Shown: positions 47,362 to 58,076 of the stretch, piece after piece
Layout of the letters: each line of letters opens with the position of its first letter
How positions within the stretch are numbered: position 1 is the first letter of the stretch
Assembly: GCA_044868145.1 (NCBI GenBank)
Contig: JBIOWE010000004.1
Coordinates: 137,395 to 201,394 of the forward strand
Source of the DNA: Patescibacteria group bacterium
GTDB taxonomy: Bacteria > Patescibacteriota > Patescibacteriia > UBA10025 > JBIOWE01
Reading direction: 5' to 3'
DNA: 64,000 nucleotides
Program-made: the position numbers and the translations under genes
Notes under the pieces: model-generated
What the model was told of the DNA's origin: nothing
Databases searched by the model: none
The model's input: only the letters and a program-made list of their open reading frames with translations

Positions 47362-48456
47362 ATGCAGACAAAAAAAATAATAGGTCCAAAAATTCAAAAA
47401 TTGCTCAAGGTGTCCCGCACCGTCATCCAGGACTGTGCGCTGGAAAATGGTGCCATTGTCGCGGCAAACTCCGATAAACCATACTTCCCGAAAGAAGCGT
47501 ACGACTACCGATACGTATGGATACGCGACGCATCGTTTGTGTGTGTAGCCGCGGATATTTTACAAATACCGATTCAGGAACCTTTTTTTTCGTGGCTATA
47601 CAAGAACCCGGAAGACTTTGACTGGGATCATTTATTATACGCGAACTATTCAACCAATGGCCGGGTGGCGACCATGGGTAAGCTTTTTATGGCGGACCAA
47701 ACCGGCACGCTCCTTTGGGCAATCTATCTCCACTACCAACGGAATTTGAAAAAAGCGCTCCAGTATAAAGACCTTGTGAAACGACTTGCTGACGGGCTCA
47801 GCGTCACATGGAATAAACAATTTTTTTCGGTGACCACAGCGGACATTTGGGAGGAGCTTGGCAGAAAAACGTCCATTCGAATGCAAAACAATTTCACCTA
47901 TTCGCTTGCCGCATGCGCTCGCGGGTTGCTGCTCGCAAATGAAATTATGCCCAATCTCCAGTGGAAACAGGCGGCGATGGAAATGATCGACCAAATTAAT
48001 GAAGCATACAATAAACAAGAAAAACGTTTTTATCGAAACGTCGGCAGGCTCGCCGATCCAAACATTGATGCGTCACTCTTGGGCCTGGTCTGGCCGTTTA
48101 GCATCTTCGAGGCGAAGGATGAAAAAATAATAAACACGGTCAAAAAAATGGAGGAGCTAATTGTAATCAGCGGCGGTGTGCATCGATACCAATTTGATTA
48201 CTTTGATAGTGAGGGGTCCGCGCAGGAAGGTGGCGGTGCATGGCCAGTGCTGAACTTTTGGATGACAATTTACTGGGTGCTCGCGGGGAACAAAAAAAAG
48301 GCGCTCACCTATTACCATTGGGTCGTCGACCGAGCGGATAAATTCGGGGGGTTTCTCCCCGAACAGTTTTTCCCAGACTTTCGAGTTGGGATCTACCCGC
48401 TCGCGTGGTCGCATGCGATGTTTGTCATCGCCAGCCACTATCTTGGCTATATTTGA
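47362..48456 (+). CDS. glycoside hydrolase family 15 (glucoamylase/glucodextranase-like)
   Basis: YRYVWIRDASF is the GH15 catalytic-region motif. (alpha/alpha)6 barrel-like length. Confidence 0.7.
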   Translation: MQTKKIIGPKIQKLLKVSRTVIQDCALENGAIVAANSDKPYFPKEAYDYRYVWIRDASFVCVAADILQIPIQEPFFSWLYKNPEDFDWDHLLYANYSTNGRVATMGKLFMADQTGTLLWAIYLHYQRNLKKALQYKDLVKRLADGLSVTWNKQFFSVTTADIWEELGRKTSIRMQNNFTYSLAACARGLLLANEIMPNLQWKQAAMEMIDQINEAYNKQEKRFYRNVGRLADPNIDASLLGLVWPFSIFEAKDEKIINTVKKMEELIVISGGVHRYQFDYFDSEGSAQEGGGAWPVLNFWMTIYWVLAGNKKKALTYYHWVVDRADKFGGFLPEQFFPDFRVGIYPLAWSHAMFVIASHYLGYI

Positions 48457-48461
48457 CGTGA

Positions 48462-49919
48462 ATGAAAAAAACGTATCGCATCGCCCTCGTTGCTTCCGAA
48501 ATTGACCCATACTCAAAATCCGGCGGTCTCGCCGATGTCACGGGCGCGCTCGCAAAAGAGTTGATGCGCCAAGGACATGACGTTATTGTCATCACGCCGT
48601 ACTACGGTTTTATCAAAAAACAAGAAATCCCGATCAAGTCGGACGAGCGGGGTTTTTCGGTACAGATTGGGTACAAACAATACAACTGGGGATTCAAAAC
48701 CGTAACATTGAACGATCGACTGCGGATCCACTTTGTTGCGAATCAAGATTTGTTCGGAAGCCATGCGCGCATGTACGGCTACGAAGATGACGCGCTCCGT
48801 TTTATGATATTCAATCACGCGGCCCTGCGATTGCTCGACGTTCTCGATTATAAACCGGACGTCATTCATTCGCACGATTGGCACGCCGGACTCATTCCGA
48901 ACATCCTTGCGTTCCAGCGAGCCGCGTTTCCAAGTCTGGAAAAAACCGCTACGGTGTTTACCATTCATAATCCATCGTACCAGGGCGGCGGCGACTGGCC
49001 CTTCCGTAAAAGTAAGTTTGCGGACGATGGAAAAGAGCAACCACCGGTAACCGCAAGCGGCATACGTCATATGAATTTCGTCATGCGTGGAATTATCTAC
49101 GCGGACATTCTCAACACCGTGAGTGAACGATACGCACAGGAAATCCTCACGCCCGAATTCGGCATGGGGTTGGAAAAATACCTTTTAAAACGAAAAAGAG
49201 ATTTTTTCGGCATTATTAACGGTATCGATTATGCCGTGTTTAACCCATCATTCGATGAAAATATCCCGGTTCGATACGACTGGAACTCCCTGGGGAAGAA
49301 AAAGAAGAATAAGCTTGCCTTGCAAAAACTTGTCGGCCTTGAGCAAAATGAACAAATTCCGGTTATTGGCGTGGTCAACCGTTTGACCGAACAAAAAGGA
49401 TTCAATCTCATTATGGAATGTATCGGTCCGTTGCTGCGCATGGATTTGCAAATTGTCGTTGTCGGCAGCGGTATGCAAGAGTATGTGAAGTTTTTTACAA
49501 AAGTCGCAAAAGAGAACCCGAAAAAATTCGGATTCTATTCGCCCTTTACGAATGAGATGGCGTCGCGCGTCTACGCGGGTTCCGATATGTTCCTTATGCC
49601 CTCACGATTCGAGCCGTGCGGCATCTCGCAAATGATTAGCTTACGCTACGGCTCCATTCCGATCGTCCATGCGACCGGCGGGCTTTCGGACACCATCAGC
49701 GACTTTAATCCGAAGAAGCAAACCGGCAACGGCTTTGTGTTCAAAACCTTCACGCGCGAAGATTTTATCGTCGCAATTGCGCGCGCGCTTGAATCCTATA
49801 AATACGGTCAAGTGTGGGAATACTTAATATGGCGGGCTATGCAACAATCGTATTCTTGGGAGCTGCCAGCAAAGAAGTACGTGAAGTTGTATCAACTCGC
49901 AATCAAAAAACGGACGTAA
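48462..49919 (+). CDS. glgA: glycogen synthase
   Basis: IALVASEIDPYSKSGGLADVTGALAKEL and the C-terminal PSRFEPCGISQM are the GT5 GlgA motifs. Confidence 0.9.
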   Translation: MKKTYRIALVASEIDPYSKSGGLADVTGALAKELMRQGHDVIVITPYYGFIKKQEIPIKSDERGFSVQIGYKQYNWGFKTVTLNDRLRIHFVANQDLFGSHARMYGYEDDALRFMIFNHAALRLLDVLDYKPDVIHSHDWHAGLIPNILAFQRAAFPSLEKTATVFTIHNPSYQGGGDWPFRKSKFADDGKEQPPVTASGIRHMNFVMRGIIYADILNTVSERYAQEILTPEFGMGLEKYLLKRKRDFFGIINGIDYAVFNPSFDENIPVRYDWNSLGKKKKNKLALQKLVGLEQNEQIPVIGVVNRLTEQKGFNLIMECIGPLLRMDLQIVVVGSGMQEYVKFFTKVAKENPKKFGFYSPFTNEMASRVYAGSDMFLMPSRFEPCGISQMISLRYGSIPIVHATGGLSDTISDFNPKKQTGNGFVFKTFTREDFIVAIARALESYKYGQVWEYLIWRAMQQSYSWELPAKKYVKLYQLAIKKRT

Positions 49920-49924
49920 TCTTT

Positions 49925-51151
49925 ATGCAACTGGCTGTTCTTTTGCACATCTACCAACCGCCGGGCCAGGATCCGCGTATCATCCGCAAAGTACATCGTG
50001 AAAGTTACGACAAAATCGTTCGTATTCTTGAACACAATAACAGCGCGAAAATCACACTCAACATTCCAGGATCCCTGACGAAACAATTAATCGCTCTCGG
50101 GCAACGAAGCTTTATCCGACGTATCGCTGCACTGGCGAAGGCTGGACAAATCGAGTTCACCGGAAGCGCCATGTATCATCCGATTCTCCCTCTTTTGCCT
50201 AAGCGCGAAGTCGTGCGTCAAGTTCACGAGAATGAGCGTATGAATCGCAAGGCGTTCGGAAAAACATTCGTGCCAAAAGGATTTTTTCTGCCCGAGCTTG
50301 CATATAGTCATGGTGCTGCAAAAATCATTCAGCTGCTCGGCTATCAATGGTTAATTCTTGATGAAATTGCATTTGCCGGGAAGTTACCTGATCACGGCAT
50401 TCAATTTAATGCTCCATACCGGATCGCGGGCACAAAGCTTAAGGTATTTTTTCGCAATCGAAAAATGAGCGATCTCTTTTTCGCCAAGGAGATAAAAACA
50501 AAAAACGACTTTTTTCGAGCAATAGAGCCCTCGCAAACAAGCCAAAACATTGTTACAATTGCATGTGACGGGGAACTCTTCGGGCATCACCACCCACGGC
50601 TTGATCGAGTCCTGGCGGAACTGTTTTCCGACGAACGACTCCAGCCCATTCTCTACTCTAGCTTGCAAAGAACACACCGAGCGCCAATACGTCCAAAAGA
50701 ATCGAGCTGGTCTGCTAAACCGTCAGAGCTGCGCCACGGCACACCATTTGCCCTTTGGAAGGACCCGGCAAACCCTATTCACACCGTTCTCTGGAAAATA
50801 ACATTCTCTTGCCTCCAAGCATTTCAACGTGCGAAACGCGTGACTGCGGCCGCGCGCGCTGAACTCGACCGCGCGCTCCATTCAGACCAGTATTGGTGGG
50901 CATCCGCCATGCCATGGTTTCATGTCGACATGATTGAACAGGGAATGGATATGTTTTTACGAAGCCTTCGCCTCCTCCCAGCATCACCATCGACCATCGC
51001 ACGCGTCCTCGCTCTTCGGAAAGATGCAACCCAGCAGGCACGATCGTGGCTTAAAAGCGGCTACGCGCAAAAACGCGCAGCGCGGTATCTTAGAGCTGAA
51101 CCGTATACAAGAATGTTTGGAGGTAAACAGATGAAGAGTACTAAGAAATAA
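49925..51151 (+). CDS. GH57-family alpha-glucan enzyme (branching enzyme/4-alpha-glucanotransferase-like)
   Basis: LHIYQPPGQ...GHHHP-type (ELFGHHHPRLD) GH57 motifs. Paralog of the next gene. Confidence 0.75.
   Translation: MQLAVLLHIYQPPGQDPRIIRKVHRESYDKIVRILEHNNSAKITLNIPGSLTKQLIALGQRSFIRRIAALAKAGQIEFTGSAMYHPILPLLPKREVVRQVHENERMNRKAFGKTFVPKGFFLPELAYSHGAAKIIQLLGYQWLILDEIAFAGKLPDHGIQFNAPYRIAGTKLKVFFRNRKMSDLFFAKEIKTKNDFFRAIEPSQTSQNIVTIACDGELFGHHHPRLDRVLAELFSDERLQPILYSSLQRTHRAPIRPKESSWSAKPSELRHGTPFALWKDPANPIHTVLWKITFSCLQAFQRAKRVTAAARAELDRALHSDQYWWASAMPWFHVDMIEQGMDMFLRSLRLLPASPSTIARVLALRKDATQQARSWLKSGYAQKRAARYLRAEPYTRMFGGKQMKSTKK
50856..50918 (+). repeat. 62-nt near-identical segment shared with 52112-52176 inside the two GH57 paralogs
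   Basis: cgcgctgaactcgaccgcgcgctccattcagaccagtattggtgggcRtccgccatgccatgg, with one mismatch. Confidence 0.7.
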
Positions 51152-51156
51152 ATCCA

Positions 51157-52539
51157 ATGTATTGGGCAAACTTCCTCCATATTTATCAGCCGCCAACGCA
51201 AAAGGAATTTTGGGTGAAAAAAATTGCGAACGAAAGTTATCGCAAAATCATTGACGGGTTCAAAAAAAATCCCCGCACAAAGGCTACCTTAAACATTAAC
51301 GCGGTACTCACCGAGTTGTTTGCGAAGTACAACTGTCAAGACGTGATTGACGGGTTGCGCGCACTTGCGGAAAAAGGCCAGATCGAATTTACAGCGAGTG
51401 CAAAATACCACCCTTTTCTTCCCATGATGCCGAGGGCTGAAATCGAGCGGCAAATAATTCTCAACACGAAGACCAACAAAAAATATTTTGGACCGGTGTA
51501 CAATCCCATAGGATTTTTTCCTCCGGAAATGGCGTACAGCAAAGCGGTGGCTGAGGTCGTCGCAAAAATGAAGTTTCGCTGGCTTATTCTTGATGAGCTC
51601 GCCTACTCCGGAAAAATCAAGGATATTGACTGGCGCAGTCTCTACACGATCAAAGGGTTTGATGGCCTAAACGTATTCTTTCGAGAGCGTGAAGCGAGCT
51701 TTCGTATTCTCTCCGCGGAAGTGGGCATGAGTGTTTTTACGGGCAACATGTTAGTGAAATTGCTCGGTGACCGCGTCCGCCAAAACGAATACCTTATTAC
51801 GGCAATGGACGGCGAAACCTTCGGCCATCATCGTCCCGGACTCGAGATGCTGCTGTTTGATCTGTATACCGTACGAGAGCTCGAACCCATTACCATCTCC
51901 GAATTGTTAAACCGCTTCACGATGACCAAAGCTGTTGAACCGCGCCCATCAAGCTGGGCGCTGATGAAGCGTGACATCGAACAAAACACGCCCTATTCCC
52001 GGTGGAAAGACAAAGACAATGTCATTCAGGCACTCCAATGGAAATTGACGAGTCTTGCCATAAAGACTCTGCATCAACTGCCAAAGACGAACCGTCAATT
52101 TCCAAAAATTCGCGCTGAACTCGACCGCGCGCTCCATTCAGACCAGTATTGGTGGGCGTCCGCCATGCCATGGTGGAGTATTGAAATGATCGAAGCAGGA
52201 GCAAAAGAGCTGCGCGACGTTGTTCTGCACTCACCCAAAGCTTCAAAAAGTGATAAAGAGCGAGCGAACAAATTGTACCAAGACATTTTGTACAAAAGCT
52301 TTGACTGGCAGCGATCCGGTAAAGTAGAGGTTCTTGCGAAACAAGCCGACGAAGACGTAACGCAACGCATTACCAAAGACATTCCATACATTCCGATTGA
52401 CGAATTCAATGCCATGGTGGAAAATCTTGAAACGCAAATGAAGCAAGCAGCGTCCAGCAAAGAATATGAACGAGCCGCCCAAATTCGCGATCGCGTGAAG
52501 GAACTCAATGAGAAAAAAGATCAAATAACAAAACAGTAA
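51157..52539 (+). CDS. GH57-family enzyme with C-terminal UVR motif
   Basis: LHIYQPPTQ, ETFGHHRP. The C-terminus KEYERAAQIRDRVKELNEKK has a UvrB/UvrC-type UVR helical motif. Confidence 0.75.
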   Translation: MYWANFLHIYQPPTQKEFWVKKIANESYRKIIDGFKKNPRTKATLNINAVLTELFAKYNCQDVIDGLRALAEKGQIEFTASAKYHPFLPMMPRAEIERQIILNTKTNKKYFGPVYNPIGFFPPEMAYSKAVAEVVAKMKFRWLILDELAYSGKIKDIDWRSLYTIKGFDGLNVFFREREASFRILSAEVGMSVFTGNMLVKLLGDRVRQNEYLITAMDGETFGHHRPGLEMLLFDLYTVRELEPITISELLNRFTMTKAVEPRPSSWALMKRDIEQNTPYSRWKDKDNVIQALQWKLTSLAIKTLHQLPKTNRQFPKIRAELDRALHSDQYWWASAMPWWSIEMIEAGAKELRDVVLHSPKASKSDKERANKLYQDILYKSFDWQRSGKVEVLAKQADEDVTQRITKDIPYIPIDEFNAMVENLETQMKQAASSKEYERAAQIRDRVKELNEKKDQITKQ

Positions 52540-52543
52540 TACC

Positions 52544-53533
52544 ATGCGAAAAGAAACTCCGGCGTTGCGAAAAAAACGCCTGGCTGAAGCTCAACGCGTT
52601 ATTGAAGGTATCATCGCAAGAGAACACGTACGCGTTCAGGACATCATGCGCAACGGCCCGCGCTATTACATCGCCTGGGGGACGCGCGGTGCGCAGCGCG
52701 TCGTTTTTAAAATATGTCTGTTTACAGACACGGTTGATCATTTGACCAATGAAAAATTCAGTCGGGAAATTCTCTTTTTACATTTTCTCGCGACATCGCA
52801 TCACGCAACTGTCCGGGCTGGCGCACCACGACTCATGAACCACGGCATCCGTCCGCGCGCATGGTATGTTCGAGAATTCCTGTCTGGCAAACAGCAAAAC
52901 CGAGGCGGAAGCGTGCGATACGCCCCGTCGTTTTTCCAACTATCAACCGTGCGCTGGATAGTCCGATTCTTCTGGTCATTGCAAGCGATTCAAAAACGCG
53001 AGTTACCCGCGTCGTTTCTCCGGTTGCTCTATCTTCCAGACTTAACGCACGACCTTATGAAATTTATGCGGCCGCATTGGCGCCTCATCGGGCAATTTGT
53101 CGGCCAACAAGGCGTGAGTAAACAGATTATTCGCTACCTTCAAAGCAAAGGCGCGCGCTACAACAACGCGCCACGCGTTCTGGCGCATCAAGAGCCGTAC
53201 GCCGACCACTTTTTAAAAATCCGAGGTGGCTTTCACCTTATCGATTGGGAAAATATCGGCTGGAGTAACCCGCTCCATGATATTGTAACGATTTGGATGC
53301 GTGCTGCATCACGGCCCGATTGGCAACGCGCTTTGTATCGTTCATTCAAGAAGCGATCCGGAAGCCCAGCGTGGTTTGATGAATTATGGGAAATCGAAAC
53401 GATGATTCAGTCCGTATTCAATATCATTAGCTATCATTTCTATCCGCACAAAAAGGATCTCCGGGAACTTACGCTTTTTTCCAAAAAGAATGTTCATCAA
53501 ATTCTTTCCAACGCATTTCACCCGACACCATGA
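52544..53533 (+). CDS. protein-kinase-like fold phosphotransferase (APH/maltokinase-like)
   Basis: HLIDWENIGWSNPLHD matches the HxDxxxxN catalytic loop plus a downstream D, as in APH or choline/maltokinase kinases. Confidence 0.55.
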   Translation: MRKETPALRKKRLAEAQRVIEGIIAREHVRVQDIMRNGPRYYIAWGTRGAQRVVFKICLFTDTVDHLTNEKFSREILFLHFLATSHHATVRAGAPRLMNHGIRPRAWYVREFLSGKQQNRGGSVRYAPSFFQLSTVRWIVRFFWSLQAIQKRELPASFLRLLYLPDLTHDLMKFMRPHWRLIGQFVGQQGVSKQIIRYLQSKGARYNNAPRVLAHQEPYADHFLKIRGGFHLIDWENIGWSNPLHDIVTIWMRAASRPDWQRALYRSFKKRSGSPAWFDELWEIETMIQSVFNIISYHFYPHKKDLRELTLFSKKNVHQILSNAFHPTP

Positions 53534-54402
53534 GTAGCATTGACTTGCATATTCATTCTGTATATTCCGAAGGCGCGCTATCGTGTCGTCAAATCGTTGA
53601 GCGCGCAAAACAACATGACATCTCCGTGATTGCGCTCACGGACCATAACGTCCTTGATGGAAATCAAGAAATGATGGACGAAGGCGAGCGGGCCGGGCTA
53701 ACGATTCTCTCCGGCGTTGAGATTTATAGCGAGTTTGAAAGTAAACAATTACACCTGCTCGGCTACAATTTTCGCCTGGAGCAATCACCACTTACAGATG
53801 CTTTGAGTAAACTGCAACTGGAGCACGCGTCACGCGTACGCGTTGCGCTCAATCAGTTCGCATCACAAGGCTTTCGGGTCGAACCAGACCACCTCTTTGA
53901 TTCGCCATCAAAGTACCTTGGCTTTTCGCATATTTTTTCTCATCTTGAGCAGTGGCCGGAAAACGTGGAACGAATCGCCACGGACATCGGTTCTCGTCAA
54001 GCGACATTGTTTCAAAAAATTGACGCCTACTTTGGTCCGGGACGTCTTTGCTCACTACCGCAATCAACGCTCCCCATCGAACAAGCGATTCAACTCGTGC
54101 ACGGCGGAGGCGGCATTGCGGTGCTCGCACACCCTGGGCAACAATTGCTTTGGACCAACGACCATATCATTGCGCAGCTGAAAACAAAGGGTCTGGATGG
54201 AATCGAAGTGTTCTCACCATACCACACCTGGCATCACATTGAACACTACCTGAAGTTAGCAAGCGCCTTGGGACTTCACATAACCGGAGGGTCGGATTAT
54301 CATTCCAACTTTTTCCCTGTCGACGCGCCTATTCAAAATCAATGGGACTATTTTCGCGTACCAATGAGCGTTTATGAACAACTAAAGCCATCATTACAAT
54401 GA
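53530..54402 (+). CDS. PHP-domain phosphoesterase
   Basis: IDLHIHSVYSEGA...ALTDHN are PHP metal-binding motifs. Confidence 0.7.
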   Translation: MSSIDLHIHSVYSEGALSCRQIVERAKQHDISVIALTDHNVLDGNQEMMDEGERAGLTILSGVEIYSEFESKQLHLLGYNFRLEQSPLTDALSKLQLEHASRVRVALNQFASQGFRVEPDHLFDSPSKYLGFSHIFSHLEQWPENVERIATDIGSRQATLFQKIDAYFGPGRLCSLPQSTLPIEQAIQLVHGGGGIAVLAHPGQQLLWTNDHIIAQLKTKGLDGIEVFSPYHTWHHIEHYLKLASALGLHITGGSDYHSNFFPVDAPIQNQWDYFRVPMSVYEQLKPSLQ

Positions 54403-55853
54403 GCTTGCGTGTTCTCTTCATGGCCGCGGAATTAACGCCGCTCGCGAAAGTCGGTGGGCTTTCGGATGTTGTGGGCGCGCTTCCTCAAGCACTGCGAAAA
54501 ATTGGCGTAGACGCGCGAATCGTTATCCCGAAATACAACAGCATTGAGGTTGATCAGTACCCAATGAAACGTCTCGGCGTCGTGTCCGATATTCCATTTA
54601 ACAACCGGCGAGAGTTTGTGACAGTGTATGAAGCCCAATTGCCTGGGACTGATGCGCCCGTATACCTTATAGATCATCCGCAGTACCTGAGCGAAGGCGG
54701 AATCTATTTTGAACATTCACCGAAAAAAGACGATCCCGCAGCGCAAATCGACCGGTTTCTCTTTTTCAGCCGTAGTTGCCTTGCGCTCCCGAAACTTATT
54801 GACTTTTCTCCTGACGTTCTGCATGTCCACGACTGGCACGCGGCAATCGTCCCCGCATTGCTGCCATTCGTTTGGGGCAAAGCAAAACGCCCGGCGTGCG
54901 TCCTGACCGTGCATAACCTCGCGCTTCAAGGAGTCTACAACGAGCAGTATGTTCGTACTCTTCTCGAGCTGCCGAAACGCGAATCATTACATCCAAAGAA
55001 CGGTGAAGTGAATTGTTTGCGAGAAGGTATTTTAACCACCGATATGCTCACCACGGTTTCACCAACATATGCGAAGGAAATGCTTACGCCCGAGTACGGA
55101 TGTGGCCTTGAGCAAACTATTGCTGAACGGCAAGATGCATTGGTAGGAATTCTCAACGGCATTGATACCACGCGCTTTAACCCCGCGACGGATCCTGCGC
55201 TCGCGGCGCGCTATAGCGCGGTTGACGTATCGGGGAAGATGCAATGCAAATCGCAACTGCAGAAACTCTGCGGCTTCCATGTGCAAAAAAATACGCCCCT
55301 GCTTGGCATGGTGTCGCGCCTAACGGACCAAAAGGGCATTGACCTTATTCTCGTCGCCATCAAGTCTCTCGTCAAACGTGGAGCACAAATCGTTCTCCTT
55401 GGCAGCGGCGAACAACGCTATGAGGAGGCGTTCACCGTCGCTGCACAGAAATACCGATCGCAAGTGTTTGCCCGCATTGGGTTCTTCGCGCCATTTGCAC
55501 AAAAAATTTACGCGGGCGCAGATATACTTCTGATGCCATCCCGATTCGAGCCGTGCGGGCTTAGCCAAATGATCGCTATGCGATACGGCACCGTACCAGT
55601 CGTCCGTGCTACTGGCGGGCTACGCGACACCGTATCGAACCTTACGGCCGACGGAAAGCGGGGCGAAGGCTTCTCGTTCGATAAATATGACATTTCGGCT
55701 TTTGAAGACGCACTCAATCGGGCGCTCAAACTATATGCAGACAACAAGGCGTGGTATACTATTCAACAGCGAATTATGAAACGAGATTTTTCCTGGGAGT
55801 CTTCGGCGAAGCAATATCTCAGCGTGTACCATCAAGCAATCAAGAAACAATGA
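54399..55853 (+). CDS. glgA: glycogen synthase (second copy)
   Basis: VLFMAAELTPLAKVGGLSDVVGALPQAL and SRFEPCGLSQMIAMRYG are the GT5 GlgA motifs. Confidence 0.9.
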   Translation: MSLRVLFMAAELTPLAKVGGLSDVVGALPQALRKIGVDARIVIPKYNSIEVDQYPMKRLGVVSDIPFNNRREFVTVYEAQLPGTDAPVYLIDHPQYLSEGGIYFEHSPKKDDPAAQIDRFLFFSRSCLALPKLIDFSPDVLHVHDWHAAIVPALLPFVWGKAKRPACVLTVHNLALQGVYNEQYVRTLLELPKRESLHPKNGEVNCLREGILTTDMLTTVSPTYAKEMLTPEYGCGLEQTIAERQDALVGILNGIDTTRFNPATDPALAARYSAVDVSGKMQCKSQLQKLCGFHVQKNTPLLGMVSRLTDQKGIDLILVAIKSLVKRGAQIVLLGSGEQRYEEAFTVAAQKYRSQVFARIGFFAPFAQKIYAGADILLMPSRFEPCGLSQMIAMRYGTVPVVRATGGLRDTVSNLTADGKRGEGFSFDKYDISAFEDALNRALKLYADNKAWYTIQQRIMKRDFSWESSAKQYLSVYHQAIKKQ

Positions 55854-56788
55854 AGTTGGATTTTTTGAATGTAAAAAGCGAGGTTCGACGTGATGAAATT
55901 CACGACCGATTTGTTATTATCGTGCCAAGCCGTTCAGAGCGACCGTCAGACGTGTCATCGCGAGGCCCGGATCCTACGAAAGAGACTCAGTGTCCATTTT
56001 GCCACGAGGAACTTCTACCAAAACCACCCTTATTGATCGTAGGCCCGAAAAAGCAGTGGGAAGTAATGGTCGTGCTCAATAAGTTTCCGGTGGTTAGCCC
56101 CAGGAATGAAAAGGCGTACGGCTATCAAGAGGTAATTATTGAAACTCCCCAGCATAACCGCGAGCTTGCCGATCTGCCGCTCGACCACGTCCTGAAGATA
56201 CTCAAGGTGTATGTCAGCCGCGTCAAAGCAATCATGAACGACAAGAGAATTAAATACATGATTGTGTTTAAAAACCACGGGGGCAAGGCTGGCGCATCGT
56301 TCGCGCACTCTCATTCACAAATCTTTGCATCGGAATTCATCCCACCCCACATTATAAACAAGCTGACGCGCGCGCAAAATTGGCGCATCAAGCACGGCGA
56401 ATGCTACTACTGCAATCTGCGCAAGCGTGAACAACGCGGGCCGCGGCGTATTTTCTCCGATAAGTACTTCTCTGCCTTTACGCCATACGCCTCGATCTAC
56501 AACTACGAAGCGTGGCTCTTTCCCCATCGTCACATCGACAACATTACGCGGATGAGCGAGCCGGAACTGAAAAGCTTGGCGCAGGCATTGATTCGCATAC
56601 TCAAAAAGGTGAACGCCATGGGGCTGCCGTACAATTTTTACTTGCACCAAGCAGCAACGGATTATGATGAGCATTTTTACCTGCGCATTTGTCCACGACG
56701 AGATGTTTGGGCTGGCATTGAGCTTGGTTCGCGTTTAATCATCAACACCGTATCCCCAGAGGCCGCGGCGAAATTTTACCGATCATAA
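55850..56788 (+). CDS. galT: galactose-1-phosphate uridylyltransferase-like (HIT family)
   Basis: CPFCHEE zinc site and FAHSHSQIF histidine-triad-type motif. The start overlaps the glgA stop (ATGA). Confidence 0.7.
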   Translation: MKLDFLNVKSEVRRDEIHDRFVIIVPSRSERPSDVSSRGPDPTKETQCPFCHEELLPKPPLLIVGPKKQWEVMVVLNKFPVVSPRNEKAYGYQEVIIETPQHNRELADLPLDHVLKILKVYVSRVKAIMNDKRIKYMIVFKNHGGKAGASFAHSHSQIFASEFIPPHIINKLTRAQNWRIKHGECYYCNLRKREQRGPRRIFSDKYFSAFTPYASIYNYEAWLFPHRHIDNITRMSEPELKSLAQALIRILKKVNAMGLPYNFYLHQAATDYDEHFYLRICPRRDVWAGIELGSRLIINTVSPEAAAKFYRS

Positions 56789-56830
56789 ACCAAAAACAGG
56801 CGGTTTGGTAGGCCTGCTTTTTTTGCAATG

Positions 56831-58018
56831 TTACGCAATGCGTACAAACTTGCGCTTGCCTACTTTGAGGATTGCGCCCGGCGGTGGATTCAGGCTTGAC
56901 TGCCAATCAGTAATTTTCTTTGCGTCGAGGGACACGCCACCTTGTTCAATGAATCTTCGCGCTTCACTCTTGCTGGACGCGAGTCCGGTTTCCACAAGGA
57001 GATCTACGGCTGAGAGTGTTTTTTTCTTCAATCGGACGGACGGCATGCTCGTCGGTGCTTGTTTCTTATGAAATACGGTTGTGAATTCCTTTTCCGCCGA
57101 TAACGCTTCTTTTGTCGAATGCAGTTGAGCGACAATCTCGCGCGCGAGCATTGCTTTGTTCGTCCGAGGGTTTTCGCCCTTTTGAAGGCCGCGCTCCATG
57201 GCCTGGATCTCTTTTGCTGTTTTGTCGGTCAGAAGCGTAAAATACTTGAGTATCAACTTGTCCGGAATAGACATAACCTTGCCGTACATGTCATTCGCTG
57301 GCAGGTCGAGGTCGATCGTGTTGCCTAGGCTCTTGCTCATTTTGCGAGATCCATCCACACCCTCAATAAGAGGACACGTAAGAATATCTTGTGCCAGCTG
57401 ATTATAGTAGGGCTGAATGGTTCGTGCGGCGAGCATATTAAAGGTTTGATCCGTTCCACCAATTTCCACGTCCGCCCTCAACGCGACTGAATCATATCCC
57501 TGGAGCAAAGGATAGAGGAGCTCATGAATCCATAATGGTTTTTTTCGCTTCAACCGTTCCTGGTACATATCGCGTTCAAGCATTTGATTCACGCTAAATA
57601 AACTTGCGAGTTGGAAAAGTTCCGCGAAATCCATGTTGCTGTGCCACTCGTTATTGTAACGTATTTCTATTTTTGAGAGATCGAGAATTTTGCCGACTTG
57701 CTTGCGATACTGTTTCATGTTGTGCTCGATCTCGTTGTTCGACAATGGCTTGCGTTCGGTCAACTTGTCCGATGGATCCCCAATGCGCGCGGTAAACGAA
57801 CCAACCAAAAAAATCGCTTGGTGCCCAAGGGCTTGAAACTCACGGAGCTTGCGGAGCAAAACAACATGTCCGAGATGGAGCTTCGGTGCGGTTGGATCAA
57901 CGCCAAATTTCACGCGTAAGCTTCTGCCGGATGCGAGCTTCTTCGCTAAACTCTGACGTTGGATAATTTGATCTGTGCCGCGTTCGAGCAACCCATCGAT
58001 TTGCTGTTGTTTTCCCAT
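56831..58018 (-). CDS. tyrS: tyrosine--tRNA ligase
   Basis: PTAPKLHLGH (HIGH motif), KMSKS, and a C-terminal S4-like domain. Confidence 0.9.
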   Translation of the reverse strand: MGKQQQIDGLLERGTDQIIQRQSLAKKLASGRSLRVKFGVDPTAPKLHLGHVVLLRKLREFQALGHQAIFLVGSFTARIGDPSDKLTERKPLSNNEIEHNMKQYRKQVGKILDLSKIEIRYNNEWHSNMDFAELFQLASLFSVNQMLERDMYQERLKRKKPLWIHELLYPLLQGYDSVALRADVEIGGTDQTFNMLAARTIQPYYNQLAQDILTCPLIEGVDGSRKMSKSLGNTIDLDLPANDMYGKVMSIPDKLILKYFTLLTDKTAKEIQAMERGLQKGENPRTNKAMLAREIVAQLHSTKEALSAEKEFTTVFHKKQAPTSMPSVRLKKKTLSAVDLLVETGLASSKSEARRFIEQGGVSLDAKKITDWQSSLNPPPGAILKVGKRKFVRIA

Positions 58019-58076
58019 AGGATTTGTTTATAGTATATCGCATTTCTGTTATAATAAGAAGCGCTTTTTGCTATCT

